A program made the translations under genes and the position numbers. From Polyangiales bacterium (lineage in GTDB: Bacteria > Myxococcota_A > Polyangia > Polyangiales > Ga0077539): 64,000 nt of DNA. Below are positions 1 through 10,430 of this stretch, in pieces; position 1 is the stretch's first letter, and every line of letters begins with the position of its first letter. The notes beneath the pieces are model-generated. The model searched no databases and was not told where the DNA came from. It worked only from the letters and a program-made list of their open reading frames with translations. Location: assembly GCA_044229975.1 (NCBI GenBank), contig JBGARZ010000006.1, positions 320,001-384,000 on the forward strand, in the 5' to 3' direction.

Positions 1-1
1 C

Positions 2-1216
2 TACTGCAACAGCTCGATGCGGTGCGTTCCGCTCCAGGCGCCGGGCGCGACGTGTGATCGCGTGGGTGCTTGCGCGAGCGGCAACTGCGTCGACGGCGTG
101 TGCTGCGACACGGCGTGCGACGGCCAGTGCGAGGCGTGCAACGTGACGGGCAGCGTGGGCACCTGCGCGGCCTCGACGGGCGCGCCGGTCGGTTCACGCG
201 CGGCCTGCGCGGGCGCGGGCACCACCTGCGGCGGCACCTGCAACGGAACGCTCCGCACCGCCTGCACCTACCCCGGCGACGCGACGTCGTGCCGCGCGGC
301 TTCGTGCGCGGAGGGCTCGGCGACGCTGTCGGCGGTGTGCGACGGCGCGGGCGCGTGCCCGGCGGCGAGCGTCTCTCCGTGCGCTCCGTACGCGTGCGGC
401 GAGAGCGGCTGCCTCACGGCGTGCACGAGCAGCGCGCAGTGCGCGGCGGGCAACGCGTGCATCGGCGGGATGTGCGTCGGTCGCCGCCCCAACGGCGGGA
501 TGTGCGCGTCGACGGACGAGTGCACCTCGGGTCAGTGCGTCGACGGCGTGTGCTGCGACACGGCCTGCGAGGGCCAGTGCGAGGCGTGCAACGTGCCGGG
601 CATGCTGGGCACCTGCTCGCCCGCGACGGGCGCGCCGGTCGGGTCGCGCACGGCGTGCGCGGGCACGGGCACCTGCGCCGGGGCGTGTGATGGGACCAAC
701 CGGGCGGCGTGTGCGTTCCCGGGGGCGACGACGGAGTGCGCGGCAGCGGGCTGCACGGCGGGCGTGGCGACGTCGGCGGCGAGCTGCAACGGCTCGGGCG
801 CCTGCGGGATGGCGACGATGAGCCCGTGCATGAACTTCGCGTGCGGGACGACGGCGTGCCGGACGACGTGTGAGTTCGACACCGACTGCGCCGACGGCTT
901 CGTCTGCGCGGGCGGGACGTGTGTGCTGCCGACGCCCGACGCGGGCATGGTGGCGGTCGACGCGGGCGTGCCGGTGGTGGACGTTCCGGTCGTGAGCGAC
1001 CTGGGCGTGCAGACCGACGCGGGCATGAAGGGCGTGGACGTCCAGGTGGCCGACGCGGGCGTCGGGATGGACGGCTCCATCATCGGCACCATCCGCGGCG
1101 ACGGCTGCGCGTGCTCGACGCCGGGTACGCGCGGTGGGTCCAGCAACGGCGCGGTGGCAGCGGGCGTGCTCGCGGGCCTCGCGCTGGTGACGACGCGGCG
1201 CCGCCGCCGTCGCTGA
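2..1216 (+). CDS. Cys-rich repeat surface protein with MYXO-CTERM-like sorting signal (5' partial)
   Basis: Frame is open from the window edge. Repeated CxSGxCVDGVCCDTACxGQCEACN units. C-terminus GCACSTPG...hydrophobic helix...RRRRRR is typical of MYXO-CTERM. Confidence 0.85.
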   Translation, partial: YCNSSMRCVPLQAPGATCDRVGACASGNCVDGVCCDTACDGQCEACNVTGSVGTCAASTGAPVGSRAACAGAGTTCGGTCNGTLRTACTYPGDATSCRAASCAEGSATLSAVCDGAGACPAASVSPCAPYACGESGCLTACTSSAQCAAGNACIGGMCVGRRPNGGMCASTDECTSGQCVDGVCCDTACEGQCEACNVPGMLGTCSPATGAPVGSRTACAGTGTCAGACDGTNRAACAFPGATTECAAAGCTAGVATSAASCNGSGACGMATMSPCMNFACGTTACRTTCEFDTDCADGFVCAGGTCVLPTPDAGMVAVDAGVPVVDVPVVSDLGVQTDAGMKGVDVQVADAGVGMDGSIIGTIRGDGCACSTPGTRGGSSNGAVAAGVLAGLALVTTRRRRRR

Positions 1217-1227
1217 CAGGCTGATGA

Positions 1228-1256
1228 GGCGACGGGCGTAGCAACGACCCGTCGCC
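1228..1256 (+). terminator. GC-rich hairpin downstream of CDS, possible terminator
   Basis: 9-bp stem GGCGACGGG/CCCGTCGCC starting 12 nt after the stop codon; no U-tract. Confidence 0.4.
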
Positions 1257-1350
1257 AGCAGCCTCCGCTCCCTCCCTGAATCGATTCGATCCGTTTCCAG
1301 CAGCCTCTCCACCCTCCTGAAGACGGCTCGAACCGTTCCACGCTGCCTCC
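1255..1350. repeat. Degenerate ~42-bp intergenic tandem repeat (2 units plus a partial third)
   Basis: CCAGCAGCCTC...CCTGAA...TCGA.CCGTT at 1255 and 1297; third start CCACGCTGCCTCC at 1338. Confidence 0.6.
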
Positions 1351-1500
1351 TGGGGCGGTGCGTCACGGTTTGCGTCATCTCCCGCTCCCTCGCCTGCCTT
1401 CTTTTTTCTTCGCGAGCCACGAAACCTCGCCGGGGCTCCGTCCCGAAGACACCCCGCGCCGCGGATCACGTCGATCCCCCTGACGGCGCAGGAGGCCCCC

Positions 1501-2298
1501 ATGAAGCTCGACATCATCCTGTCCAAGTCGTTTCGCACCAACAGCCCGGCCCGCGCCTTCGCGCACTTCCGCCGCGAGGCGGAGGCCGTCGAGGTTCCCG
1601 CCGACTACTGCTTCCGGCAGGACGTCGCCGTCGGCCGCCACAACGTCGACCGCGCGATGGCCGTCATGATCGACCGCCTCCCCGACGTCGCCCGCGCGCT
1701 CCCCAGCGCCGACGTGGTCGCCCTCGCCGAGCTCCCCGCGCTCGCCCTCGCCGTCGTCCACGCGCAGGACCGCGTTCCTGCGTACGCTCCCTCCACGCGC
1801 GAGGTCGACGCGGCGCTCGCCGTCGTCCGCCCGCTGCGCGCGCTCGCGCTCTCCTATCTGGAGATCGTCGCCGCGCTCGGTCTTGTTCCGGTCGGTCGGG
1901 TGCGCGCCATCCGTGAGGGTAGCGGCAAGCTCGACGAGGCCCGCGACTGCGTGGCCATCGTCGCCGTCTTCGACGAGCACCGCGAGGCGCTCGCGCAGAA
2001 GCACCCCTTCACCGCGGAGCAGCTCAAGACCCTCGCCGACAAGGGCGCGTGGCTCGTGCAGAACATCACGCCCAGCAACGCCTCTCCCATCACCGCCCCG
2101 CGCCGCAGCCCCGAGTCCATGGAGCGCGACCGCCTCGTGAGGCTCCTCGAAGAGCGCTACGAGCAGCTCCGCACCGCGGCCGTGGTGTGCTTCGGGCTGC
2201 GCGACATCGACGCGAGGGTTCCGCCGCTGTGGTCGTCGACGCGGCCGAGCGCCGCGCCGGTGGAGGAGCCCGCGCCGGAGCCGTCGCCGGAGGGGTGA
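1501..2298 (+). CDS. Hypothetical protein (265 aa)
   Basis: AGGAGG RBS upstream of ATG; host-like high-GC3 codon usage; no recognised motif. Confidence 0.8.
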   Translation: MKLDIILSKSFRTNSPARAFAHFRREAEAVEVPADYCFRQDVAVGRHNVDRAMAVMIDRLPDVARALPSADVVALAELPALALAVVHAQDRVPAYAPSTREVDAALAVVRPLRALALSYLEIVAALGLVPVGRVRAIREGSGKLDEARDCVAIVAVFDEHREALAQKHPFTAEQLKTLADKGAWLVQNITPSNASPITAPRRSPESMERDRLVRLLEERYEQLRTAAVVCFGLRDIDARVPPLWSSTRPSAAPVEEPAPEPSPEG

Positions 2299-2322
2299 GG
2301 TCCACGGTTGCGAGCCCCCGCA

Positions 2323-3840
2323 TCACCCCCCGAGCTTGTACCAGTCGTCGAAGGGCGCGAGTGACCACATCACCGTCTTCCACGTGAGGTACGTCTCCAC
2401 CGCCTGCGGCCCGCAGTCCCGCCCGAAGCCCGACGACTTCACCCCGCCAAACGGCGCCTCCACCGGCGTCGGGTTGTAGTTGTTGATCCACACGTAGCCC
2501 GACTGAAGCTCCGTCGCGCACCGCAGCGCGCGCTGCACGCTCGTCGTCCACGCCCCCGCCGCCAGCCCGTAGTCCGTCGCGTTCGCCAGCGCGATGGCCT
2601 CGTCGTCCGTCTCGAATTTCGTCACCGTCACCACCGGCCCGAAGATCTCCTCGCGGAAGCACTCGTGCGTCGCCGCCACGCCCGTCAGCACCGTCGGCGC
2701 GTACCAGTGGCCCTGCTCGTACACGCCGCCGCGCAGCACCTCGCCACCACACGCCACCGTCACACCTTCGGCCCGCGCGCGCTCCACGAAGCCCGCGACC
2801 TTGTCCCGGTGCGCTCGCGAGATCATCGCGCCCATCTGGCTCGCTTCGTCCAATGGCGAGAGCACCCGCAGGCCCTTCGCGTACTTCACCAGGCCCGCCA
2901 TGTACGCGTCGTAGACCTTCGACTGAACCAGGATGCGTGAGCCCGCGTTGCAGTTCTCTCCCTGGTTGTAGAAGATGCCGAAGGCCCCGCCCGCGATGGC
3001 CTGCGAGAGGTCGGCGTCGTCGAAGACGATGTTGGGAGACTTGCCACCAAGCTCCAACTGAACCGGTCGCACCCGCTCGGCGCGGGCGTGCAGGACCTTC
3101 TTGCCGGTGATGGTTCCGCCCGTGAAGGCCAGCACGTCGACGTCGGCGTGAGACGCGAGCGGCGCCCCCGCCTCCTCACCCGTCCCGCACACCACGTTGA
3201 ACACCCCGGCCGGAACCCCCGCCTCCAATGCGAGCTCCGCGGCGGCGAGCATGGTGAGGCTGGTGAGCTCCGACGGCTTGAGCACCACGCTGCACCCGAC
3301 GCACAGCGCCGGCGCGAACTTCCAGGCGCCCACGAAGAGGGGGAAGTTCCATGGGGTGATCTGGCCGACGACGCCGGCGGGCTCGCGCAGCACCATCCCG
3401 AGCGCCTTGCCCGGCAGCGGCATCGTCTGGCCGAACACCTTGGTCGCGAGGCCCGCGTAGTACTCGAGGATGTCGGCGGTTCCGATGATGTCGGCGCGCG
3501 CTTCGACGATGGGCTTGCCGCTGTCGCGGGTCTCCACGTAGGCGAGCGCCTCGCACTGCTCGCGGAGCTTGCGCGCCAGCTCCCACAGCACGCGCCCACG
3601 GTGGCTCGGGTCGGCCCGCGACCAGTCGCCCTGGCGGAAGCTCCGCCTCGCGGCCTCGACGGCGCGGTCGATGTCGGCGGCGCTGCCTGCCGGGATGCGG
3701 GCGAAGGGCTCACCCGTGGACGGGTCTTCGACGGGCAGCCAGCGCCCATCAGCCGACGGAACAACCTCGCCATCGATGACGTGGCCGCGAGGGTGGAGGA
3801 AGCGCTCGGCGCCCGCGGGCGCAGGGTGGGAATGGCTCAT
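2323..3840 (-). CDS. Aldehyde dehydrogenase family protein
   Basis: Motifs ITPWNFP, KPSE, FTGG, LELGGKSP, catalytic Cys in NQGENCNAG, EEIFGPV, PFGGVKSSGFGR. Start reset to ATG 3840 (MSHSH). Confidence 0.95.
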   Translation of the reverse strand: MSHSHPAPAGAERFLHPRGHVIDGEVVPSADGRWLPVEDPSTGEPFARIPAGSAADIDRAVEAARRSFRQGDWSRADPSHRGRVLWELARKLREQCEALAYVETRDSGKPIVEARADIIGTADILEYYAGLATKVFGQTMPLPGKALGMVLREPAGVVGQITPWNFPLFVGAWKFAPALCVGCSVVLKPSELTSLTMLAAAELALEAGVPAGVFNVVCGTGEEAGAPLASHADVDVLAFTGGTITGKKVLHARAERVRPVQLELGGKSPNIVFDDADLSQAIAGGAFGIFYNQGENCNAGSRILVQSKVYDAYMAGLVKYAKGLRVLSPLDEASQMGAMISRAHRDKVAGFVERARAEGVTVACGGEVLRGGVYEQGHWYAPTVLTGVAATHECFREEIFGPVVTVTKFETDDEAIALANATDYGLAAGAWTTSVQRALRCATELQSGYVWINNYNPTPVEAPFGGVKSSGFGRDCGPQAVETYLTWKTVMWSLAPFDDWYKLGG

Positions 3841-3922
3841 GGCCGCGGAGTGTACCGAAGCGACGAAGCTCGCGACGTTGGACATCACCCGCGGAGCGGA
3901 GACCGTTGTATCGTCCCCGCCC

Positions 3923-5191
3923 ATGGTGACCAATCGGTGGGTAGCGTGGTTTGCACTGGCGACGGTGCTGTCCGCAGGCTGTGGCGGCGACGACCCGGTG
4001 CTGGAGCCCGACACGGGCACGGCCGTCGACACCGGTGAGGTCACCGAAGACACCGGTGAGGTCGCCGAAGACACCGGCAACCCCGCGACCGATGTCCCCA
4101 CGACGCCCACGGACGTCCTCAACGAGGGCGACGTCATGGTGGTGCGACCCGACGTCCCGGTCGGAACCGACGCGGGCTTCACCCCCGCCGACGTGGGCTT
4201 CACCACCGATGTCCCGGTTGGCACCGACGCGGGCTTCACCACCGATGTCCCGGTCGCGCCCGCCGACGCGGGCTCTGGCACCGACACGGGCGTGGCGCCG
4301 ATGGATGTTCCGGTCGCCACCATGGATGTGCCTTCGACGATGGATGTTCCGCGAGCCGACGCGGGCACCGCCGCCGACGTCCCGGTCGACACGGGCCGAC
4401 GCGACACGGGCACCACCTGCGGCGCGCCGGGCCAGCCCTGCTGCGCGCGGCTCACCTGCGAGGCCGGCTCCGAGTGCTCGGGCGGCATCCTCGGCGCCAA
4501 CATCTGTCAGGCGTGCGGCGGGGCCGGTCAGCGCTGCTGCCAGCGCACCACGCCCGCGTGCGGAACCTCCCTCACCTGCGGCCGCGACGAGGTCTGCCAG
4601 GCGTGCGGTGCGCCGGGCCAGCCCTGCTGCGGCACCACCTGCGCGGCGGGCGGCGTGTGTTCGGGGGGCGTGTGCGCGTCGTGCGGGGCGCCCGGTCAGC
4701 CGTGCTGCGCCTCGCGCACCTGCGCGGACGGCAACCAGTGCTCGGCCGCGGCGAACATCTGCCAGGCGTGCGGCGGGGCGGGGCAGCCCTGCTGCGGGGC
4801 GAGCAGCACCTGCGGGTCGGGGCTCGTGTGTCGGTCGAGCCTCTGCCAGGTGTCGCTCTGCGGCAACGAGGGGCAGGTCTGCTGCGCGGGCAGCGCGTGC
4901 AATAGCGCCACGCTCGCCTGCAACGCGGGGAGCTGCGTGGCGTGCGGCGGCAGCGGCCAGCGGTGCTGCGCGGGCAGCGCGTGCAACCCGGGCTACGGTT
5001 GCGGGACGAGCGGGATGTGCGGGAGCTGCGGCGCCGCGGGGCAGACCTGCTGCTCGGGCAGCACCTGCAACATTGGCCTGGGGTGCTCGGTGGCCAACGT
5101 GTGCGGCAGCGCGTGCGGCGCCCGGTTGCAGCCCTGCTGCGCGGGCAACCGCTGCACCACGGGGACGTGCCTCGCCGGGTTGTGCCGCTGA
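3923..5191 (+). CDS. Cys-rich repeat lipoprotein
   Basis: Lipobox LSAGC; Asp/Thr/Pro linker; about nine CGxxGQxCC repeats. Confidence 0.85.
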   Translation: MVTNRWVAWFALATVLSAGCGGDDPVLEPDTGTAVDTGEVTEDTGEVAEDTGNPATDVPTTPTDVLNEGDVMVVRPDVPVGTDAGFTPADVGFTTDVPVGTDAGFTTDVPVAPADAGSGTDTGVAPMDVPVATMDVPSTMDVPRADAGTAADVPVDTGRRDTGTTCGAPGQPCCARLTCEAGSECSGGILGANICQACGGAGQRCCQRTTPACGTSLTCGRDEVCQACGAPGQPCCGTTCAAGGVCSGGVCASCGAPGQPCCASRTCADGNQCSAAANICQACGGAGQPCCGASSTCGSGLVCRSSLCQVSLCGNEGQVCCAGSACNSATLACNAGSCVACGGSGQRCCAGSACNPGYGCGTSGMCGSCGAAGQTCCSGSTCNIGLGCSVANVCGSACGARLQPCCAGNRCTTGTCLAGLCR

Positions 5192-5379
5192 CGGGCTGAG
5201 GCGTGGGCGACGCAGGTGGTGTGTGGGTGCGTTCGCACCGGTCACGCGCCTTGCGTCGGGATGGACGGATCGGTAGAGCGTCTGCTGTGATGATCGGTCT
5301 GACGTGCGCGCCTGGCATGGTCGCTCGCTGCACTGTCTGATCGCAGACGAACGTGATGGGCGGGGATGAAGGCTTGACC

Positions 5380-6117
5380 ATGGCGGATACCAGTGCGGCG
5401 AAGCGAGGCGAGGCGGGCGTGGACGACGGCACCTACGCCACGCGGTTGGTGCACCAGGTCAACAACCCGCTCTCGTCGGTGATGGCCAACGTGGCCTTCG
5501 CGGTGGAAAACCTTGAGGCGCTGCGCGGGGCGTTTTCGACGGGGAGCGCCGCGCTTCGATCGGCGGAGAGGGCGCGTCTGCTGGGGGTGATCGACGAGGT
5601 GTGCGCCGTGCTCGACGACGCGTTTCGCAGCTCGGCGCAGGTGCGCGAGATCATCCGGCAGGTGGGTCGCGTCGGCCGCGCCGATGGGGCCGCGGACGAG
5701 GCGGCGCCCCAACCCGGCAGCGACGCGGACAGGGACAAGATCGCGACCCCGCGCCGCGGCAGGGTGTTGGTGATCGACGACGAGCCCGCCGTCGCGCGCT
5801 CGGTCGAGCGCATCTTGCGTGGGCAGCACGACGTGCGGGTGGAGACCGACCCCCAGGCGGCGCTGGCCCTGCTGTTGGCGGGTGAGGATTTCGACGTGGT
5901 GTTCTGCGACCTGATGATGCCCCCGCTCAACGGGATGGGCCTCTACGACGCCCTCGCCGACGCGCGGCCCGAGATGGCGTTGCGGGTGGTGTTCCTGACG
6001 GGCGGCGCGACGACGACGCAGGCGGAGGCGTTTGTGGAGTCCACCGAGCGCCCGGTGATGACCAAGCCGTTCACCGTCAACGGCCTGCGCGCCATGGCCG
6101 CGGACTATGTGAAGTGA
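5380..6117 (+). CDS. Response regulator with N-terminal HisKA-like segment and no HATPase domain
   Basis: H-box-like LVHQVNNPLSSV; receiver motifs VLVIDDEP, CDLMMP, LTG, KPF. Confidence 0.85.
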   Translation: MADTSAAKRGEAGVDDGTYATRLVHQVNNPLSSVMANVAFAVENLEALRGAFSTGSAALRSAERARLLGVIDEVCAVLDDAFRSSAQVREIIRQVGRVGRADGAADEAAPQPGSDADRDKIATPRRGRVLVIDDEPAVARSVERILRGQHDVRVETDPQAALALLLAGEDFDVVFCDLMMPPLNGMGLYDALADARPEMALRVVFLTGGATTTQAEAFVESTERPVMTKPFTVNGLRAMAADYVK

Positions 6118-8306
6118 GCTCCGCGCTGCGGCGCTCGGTCGCCCTCGTGGCGCTGGCGCTGGGCTGCGAGTCGTCGACCACACCGACGCCCATCGACGCG
6201 GCGGTCGATCGTCCCGATGTCGCGGCGATGGATGTGCCGCGCAGCTATGTGCCGGAGCCCTTCGCGGCCACCGCGGCGACGCGGGCTTACTGCGGTTCGC
6301 GTGACGCCGACGCCGTCGAGGCGCGCATCACGACGATGCTGGCGACGCTCACCCCGGAGGAGAAGGTCGCGCTCATGCACGGCGCCTCGCTGCTGCTCAT
6401 CGAGCGGAGCTGGCGCGTGGCGGGCAACGAGGCGCACGGCATCCCGGGGCTGCGGATGTTGGACGGTCCGCGCGGGTTGAGTGTGTTCACGCGGACGCCC
6501 GCGACGGCCTTCCCGGTGGCGATGATGCGCGGCGCGACGTGGGACCCTGCGCTGGAGCGTCGGGTCGGCGCGGCCATCGCGACGGAGGTGCGCTCGCTCG
6601 GGGCCGACGTGCTGCTCGCGCCCACGATGAACCTGCTCCGCCACCCGCGCTGGGGTCGCGCGCAGGAGACGTACTCCGAGGACACGCACCACACCGGGGC
6701 GATGGCGGTGCCGTTCATCGAGGGGGTGCAGTCGGTCGGGGTGATCGCGAGCGCCAAGCACTTCGCGGCCAACAGCATCGAGGACAGCCGGCATCGGGTG
6801 GACGTTCGCATGGACGAGCGAACGCTCCGCGAGGTGTACCTCCCGCACTTCCGCCGCGCGGTGGTGGAGGCTCACGTGGGCTCGGTGATGAGCGCGTACA
6901 ACCGCCTCAACGGCGACTGGTGCGACCAGAGCACGCACCTCCTGCGCGACGTGTTGAAGGGCGAGTGGGGCTTCGCGGGCTTCGTGGAGTCCGACTGGGC
7001 GTCGGGCACGCACGGCGATGCAGTGTCGGTGCGCGCCGGGCTCGACATCGAGATGCCCACGCCGGTGAACTTCCGTCGGCTGCCCGCGGCGCTGGCGCGC
7101 GGTGACATCAGCGAGCGGGAGATCGACGCGTCGGTGCGGCGCATCGTTCGGGCACAGCTCTGCTTCGGGCTCGACGAGCGCACGCGTACGGACGACCCCA
7201 CGCAACGACTGTCGACGGAGCACCTCGCGCTGGCGCGGGAGGTCGCGCGGCGGGGACTGGTGCTCTTGCGCAACGAGACGGTGCGGGGGAGCGCGGCGCT
7301 GCCGTTGGGTGCGGTGCGGCGCCTGGTGGTGATGGGACGCAACGCCGACGTGGAGAACCTCGGCGACCGCGGGAGCAGCAACGTGCTGGCGGGCGAGGTG
7401 GTGACGGCGCTGGAGGGGATTCGCGCGCGGGCCGGGGCGGGCGTGGAGGTGACGCACGTGGCGGGCGCGACGCTCGACGCGACGGCGATGGCGGCGGTGC
7501 GCGCGGCCGACGCGGTGGTGGTGGTGACGGGCCTGCAAGCGGACGACGAGGGCGAAGGAGAGGTCGGCGCGGGCGACCGCGAGGGGCTCGAACTGCGGGC
7601 GTCGGAGGTGGCGTTGATCCGCGCGGCGTCGGCGCTCAACGATCGGGTGGTGGTGGTGCTGGAGGGCGGCGCGGCGATTCTCACGAGCGGGTGGCGCGAG
7701 GAGGTCGAGGCGGTGGTGATGGCGTTCTATCCGGGGGCGATGGGCGGGAGCGCGCTGGCGGATGTGCTCTTCGGCGACGCGGCGCCGTCGGGTCGATTGC
7801 CGTTCTCGGTGCCCGAGCGGGAGGCTGATCTGCCGGCGTTCGACAACACGGCCGACACGGTGACCTACGGGTACCTGCACGGGTATCGACACCTGGCGCG
7901 CATGGGGACGGCGCCCGCGCATGCCTTCGGGAGCGGGCTGTCGTACACGACGTTTGGGTATGGGGAGCTGGCGCTGTCGGCGCCGACGATGCGCGCGGGG
8001 CAGGCCGTGACGGCGACGGTGACGGTGACCAACCGCGGGACGGTGCGGGCCATCGAGACGGCGCAGTTGTACGTGACCGCGCGGGGCTCGCGGGTGGAGC
8101 GCGCGCCGCGGGATCTGCGGGCCTTCGCGCAGGTGGAGCTGGGGCCGGGAGAGAGCCGGGCGGTGACGCTCACGCTGCGGGCGGACGACCTGGCGTACTG
8201 GGACGCGGCGACGGCGGCGTGGGTGCTGGAGCCGATCGAGTACGAGGTGATCGTGGCGCACGACGCGGCGGACGCGGGCGTGCGGGCGGTGTTGCGGGCG
8301 GAGTGA
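6114..8306 (+). CDS. GH3 beta-glucosidase, lipoprotein
   Basis: DGPRG, WGRAQETYSED, KHFAAN, MSAYN, catalytic ESDW, C-terminal Fn3-like FGSGLSYTTF; lipobox ALGC; GTGA overlap with the upstream gene. Confidence 0.95.
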   Translation: MSSALRRSVALVALALGCESSTTPTPIDAAVDRPDVAAMDVPRSYVPEPFAATAATRAYCGSRDADAVEARITTMLATLTPEEKVALMHGASLLLIERSWRVAGNEAHGIPGLRMLDGPRGLSVFTRTPATAFPVAMMRGATWDPALERRVGAAIATEVRSLGADVLLAPTMNLLRHPRWGRAQETYSEDTHHTGAMAVPFIEGVQSVGVIASAKHFAANSIEDSRHRVDVRMDERTLREVYLPHFRRAVVEAHVGSVMSAYNRLNGDWCDQSTHLLRDVLKGEWGFAGFVESDWASGTHGDAVSVRAGLDIEMPTPVNFRRLPAALARGDISEREIDASVRRIVRAQLCFGLDERTRTDDPTQRLSTEHLALAREVARRGLVLLRNETVRGSAALPLGAVRRLVVMGRNADVENLGDRGSSNVLAGEVVTALEGIRARAGAGVEVTHVAGATLDATAMAAVRAADAVVVVTGLQADDEGEGEVGAGDREGLELRASEVALIRAASALNDRVVVVLEGGAAILTSGWREEVEAVVMAFYPGAMGGSALADVLFGDAAPSGRLPFSVPEREADLPAFDNTADTVTYGYLHGYRHLARMGTAPAHAFGSGLSYTTFGYGELALSAPTMRAGQAVTATVTVTNRGTVRAIETAQLYVTARGSRVERAPRDLRAFAQVELGPGESRAVTLTLRADDLAYWDAATAAWVLEPIEYEVIVAHDAADAGVRAVLRAE

Positions 8307-8318
8307 GGCGGGGCGGTG

Positions 8319-9713
8319 TCAGGCCGCGGAGGCCAACGGCTGAAATCCTGCGAGCGCATTCTGTGAGCTCGCGACCAAAGCGGCGTACGGATCGTACTTC
8401 GTCGACTTCATCTCACCGGGACGGGCCGCGGCGATCGCTACGAGGTTTTCTCGAACAACGACATCTTCCGGCTGGGAGTCGGCCAGGCTTCTGAGAATCG
8501 TCTGGGCTTCTTCCTCACGACCAACGCGCGCGAGCGCAATGGCGAGGTCGTTGAGAGCAGGCAGGTCAAGAACCCCTTGCTCGACTCCTCCACGTCGGAA
8601 CGCCTGGATGGCGTCGTCCCAATAACCACCGCGGACGAGCAGTCGTCCTGCGGCGCGCCACTCGGCCTTCGAGAGCGCTTCGGGGTGAACCGCAAGCGGA
8701 CGTCGGAGCGCGGCGATCGCGTCCGTGTGACCAAGGTCGAGCGCGATGTTCGCGCGCATCAACCTCAACCCCAACTGCGTCGGCATGCGCGTGAGCGCTT
8801 CGTCGAGCACCGTCAGGGCTCGCGCGTGTTCGCCTCGGCGTGCAAGAGCCCACGCGGCGATTTCCAGAGCGAAGACTCGATGGGGTTCGTCCCCGACCAT
8901 CGCGCGTTCGAGTTGCAATATCGGATCGATCAGATGCGTCGGGTCGAGCGCGCCGACCGCCAGTTCGGGTCGTTCGTTGGCCAGGTACAAGGCCCCGGCC
9001 TGCACCACCATCGAGGCGTCGAACCAACCGAGTGCCCGCTCTCTCGTCCGATTGCCGTCGTCTGCCGACGAGCCGCAGTTCGCCGTGAGGGCCAACCAAC
9101 GCTTGGCGAAGTGTTCCTCGACAGGCATCGCCAGACACGCAGCGAGCGCGTCTCGAAACGCGAGCGACAGTTCGTCCAGGGCGCTGTGAGCGAAGCTGCG
9201 GAGGTAGAGCGAGAACCGAGACAAGCCAACATCATCAGCTTCCGTCTCGTTGAGCAGGGTACGCGCGGCATCCAGGTAGCCATGGATCACGACCCCGTCG
9301 CTCAGCGACCACAGCCGGGCCTGGGTTCTCTCGAACAGCTCTCGGGCGAGTTCGTAGCGTTGGCTCGCCTCGCGGTAGAAGCGTGCGTGTGTCGGGCCCA
9401 AGCCCCGCCAAGTCGTGAGGATCTCGCCGACCAGACCCCAATCTCCAGAGCGTTCCGCGAGCGTCAGGGCTGAATGAGCGCAGCGCTGCTTGTTCTGGAT
9501 GGTTCCGCCGTCGTGAACGAGGAGCCATTGCTCCCAAACCGCAGCGCCATGGTCGCAAGCAAGCGCCAGCAACCGCTCCTCGGCATCGTCACCAACCGCG
9601 GCGTGTAGCGCGTTTGCCTGGAGCAGCAGACGACTCTTGTGAGCGCGCACGTCTTCGACGCACTTCGATGCGGGCCACGGCTCCAACGCTCCGATGAACT
9701 CCAGGACACTCAC
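8319..9713 (-). CDS. TPR-repeat protein
   Basis: Helical repeats in the C-terminal half (AWALARRGEHARAL, LNDLAIALARVGREEEAQ); GTG start overlaps the upstream TGA. Confidence 0.75.
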   Translation of the reverse strand: MSVLEFIGALEPWPASKCVEDVRAHKSRLLLQANALHAAVGDDAEERLLALACDHGAAVWEQWLLVHDGGTIQNKQRCAHSALTLAERSGDWGLVGEILTTWRGLGPTHARFYREASQRYELARELFERTQARLWSLSDGVVIHGYLDAARTLLNETEADDVGLSRFSLYLRSFAHSALDELSLAFRDALAACLAMPVEEHFAKRWLALTANCGSSADDGNRTRERALGWFDASMVVQAGALYLANERPELAVGALDPTHLIDPILQLERAMVGDEPHRVFALEIAAWALARRGEHARALTVLDEALTRMPTQLGLRLMRANIALDLGHTDAIAALRRPLAVHPEALSKAEWRAAGRLLVRGGYWDDAIQAFRRGGVEQGVLDLPALNDLAIALARVGREEEAQTILRSLADSQPEDVVVRENLVAIAAARPGEMKSTKYDPYAALVASSQNALAGFQPLASAA

Positions 9714-10267
9714 AGGATCACCTCGACCCTCAACTGGGGTCCACCGAAGGCTACGACACCGATACGCCCCGGAGAAACCTTGGCGGCGCGAACCTTCCTG
9801 CGCTTCGCCTCTGCGACATCCGACGTGTACCGACCGCTGGTGCCCGCGAACTCGATGACACCGGCCTTCGTGCCGTCCGGCCCCACGAGCGTGTAGTCCG
9901 TCTTCGAACCGATCTGCTGCACGTCGCCGATCCGAAGACCCGACCGTTCAAGTAGCACCGCCGCGATGACGGCGATGGCCCCGAACTCGACCCGGTCTTG
10001 GGGGGCAACCGACGTCTTCTCGAAGCGAGCCATCTTCAACGGGTCGATCGTCATCGAATGTGCGACCTCGCAAGGCTCTTTGGTCTCGTCGCCGCCAACC
10101 TCGTCGACGAACACTCCTTCAAAAGGAGTGACTTCCAGCGCCGCTGCGCCTGCGGACGAAGCCGCGCTGTAAGCGAACAAGGCCCCCGGAAAGAGTCCGC
10201 TGTCATCGCCCGCCACGTCGTCGATCCGGTACATCACCATCGCCGCCACCATAGGGCATCCCGACAT
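9710..10267 (-). CDS. Hypothetical protein, possible PD-(D/E)xK/REase-like fold
   Basis: E-helix (VEFGAIAVIA), GSKTDY, IEFAG and downstream Lys residues. Start uncertain (several Met). Confidence 0.65.
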   Translation of the reverse strand: MSGCPMVAAMVMYRIDDVAGDDSGLFPGALFAYSAASSAGAAALEVTPFEGVFVDEVGGDETKEPCEVAHSMTIDPLKMARFEKTSVAPQDRVEFGAIAVIAAVLLERSGLRIGDVQQIGSKTDYTLVGPDGTKAGVIEFAGTSGRYTSDVAEAKRRKVRAAKVSPGRIGVVAFGGPQLRVEVIL

Positions 10268-10430
10268 GTCCTGGCTGGCAAGGCCGCCAGCGCCACCATC
10301 CCGAGCGCACGAAGCACCATCGGACCCTCCGTCCTTCTGTGGACCAACACGCGCGCGATTCGTCGACGCGTCAACCCTCCGTCATCGCGCTCCGTTGACG
10401 CCCATCCCCGCCGTGCGCTAGCGCTCGACG

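Noticed and set aside
6105..8261. Long antisense ORF (718 aa) and similar Arg/Pro-rich shadow ORFs across the window
   Set aside because: They overlap well-supported genes on the opposite strand or in another frame and are expected from high GC content.
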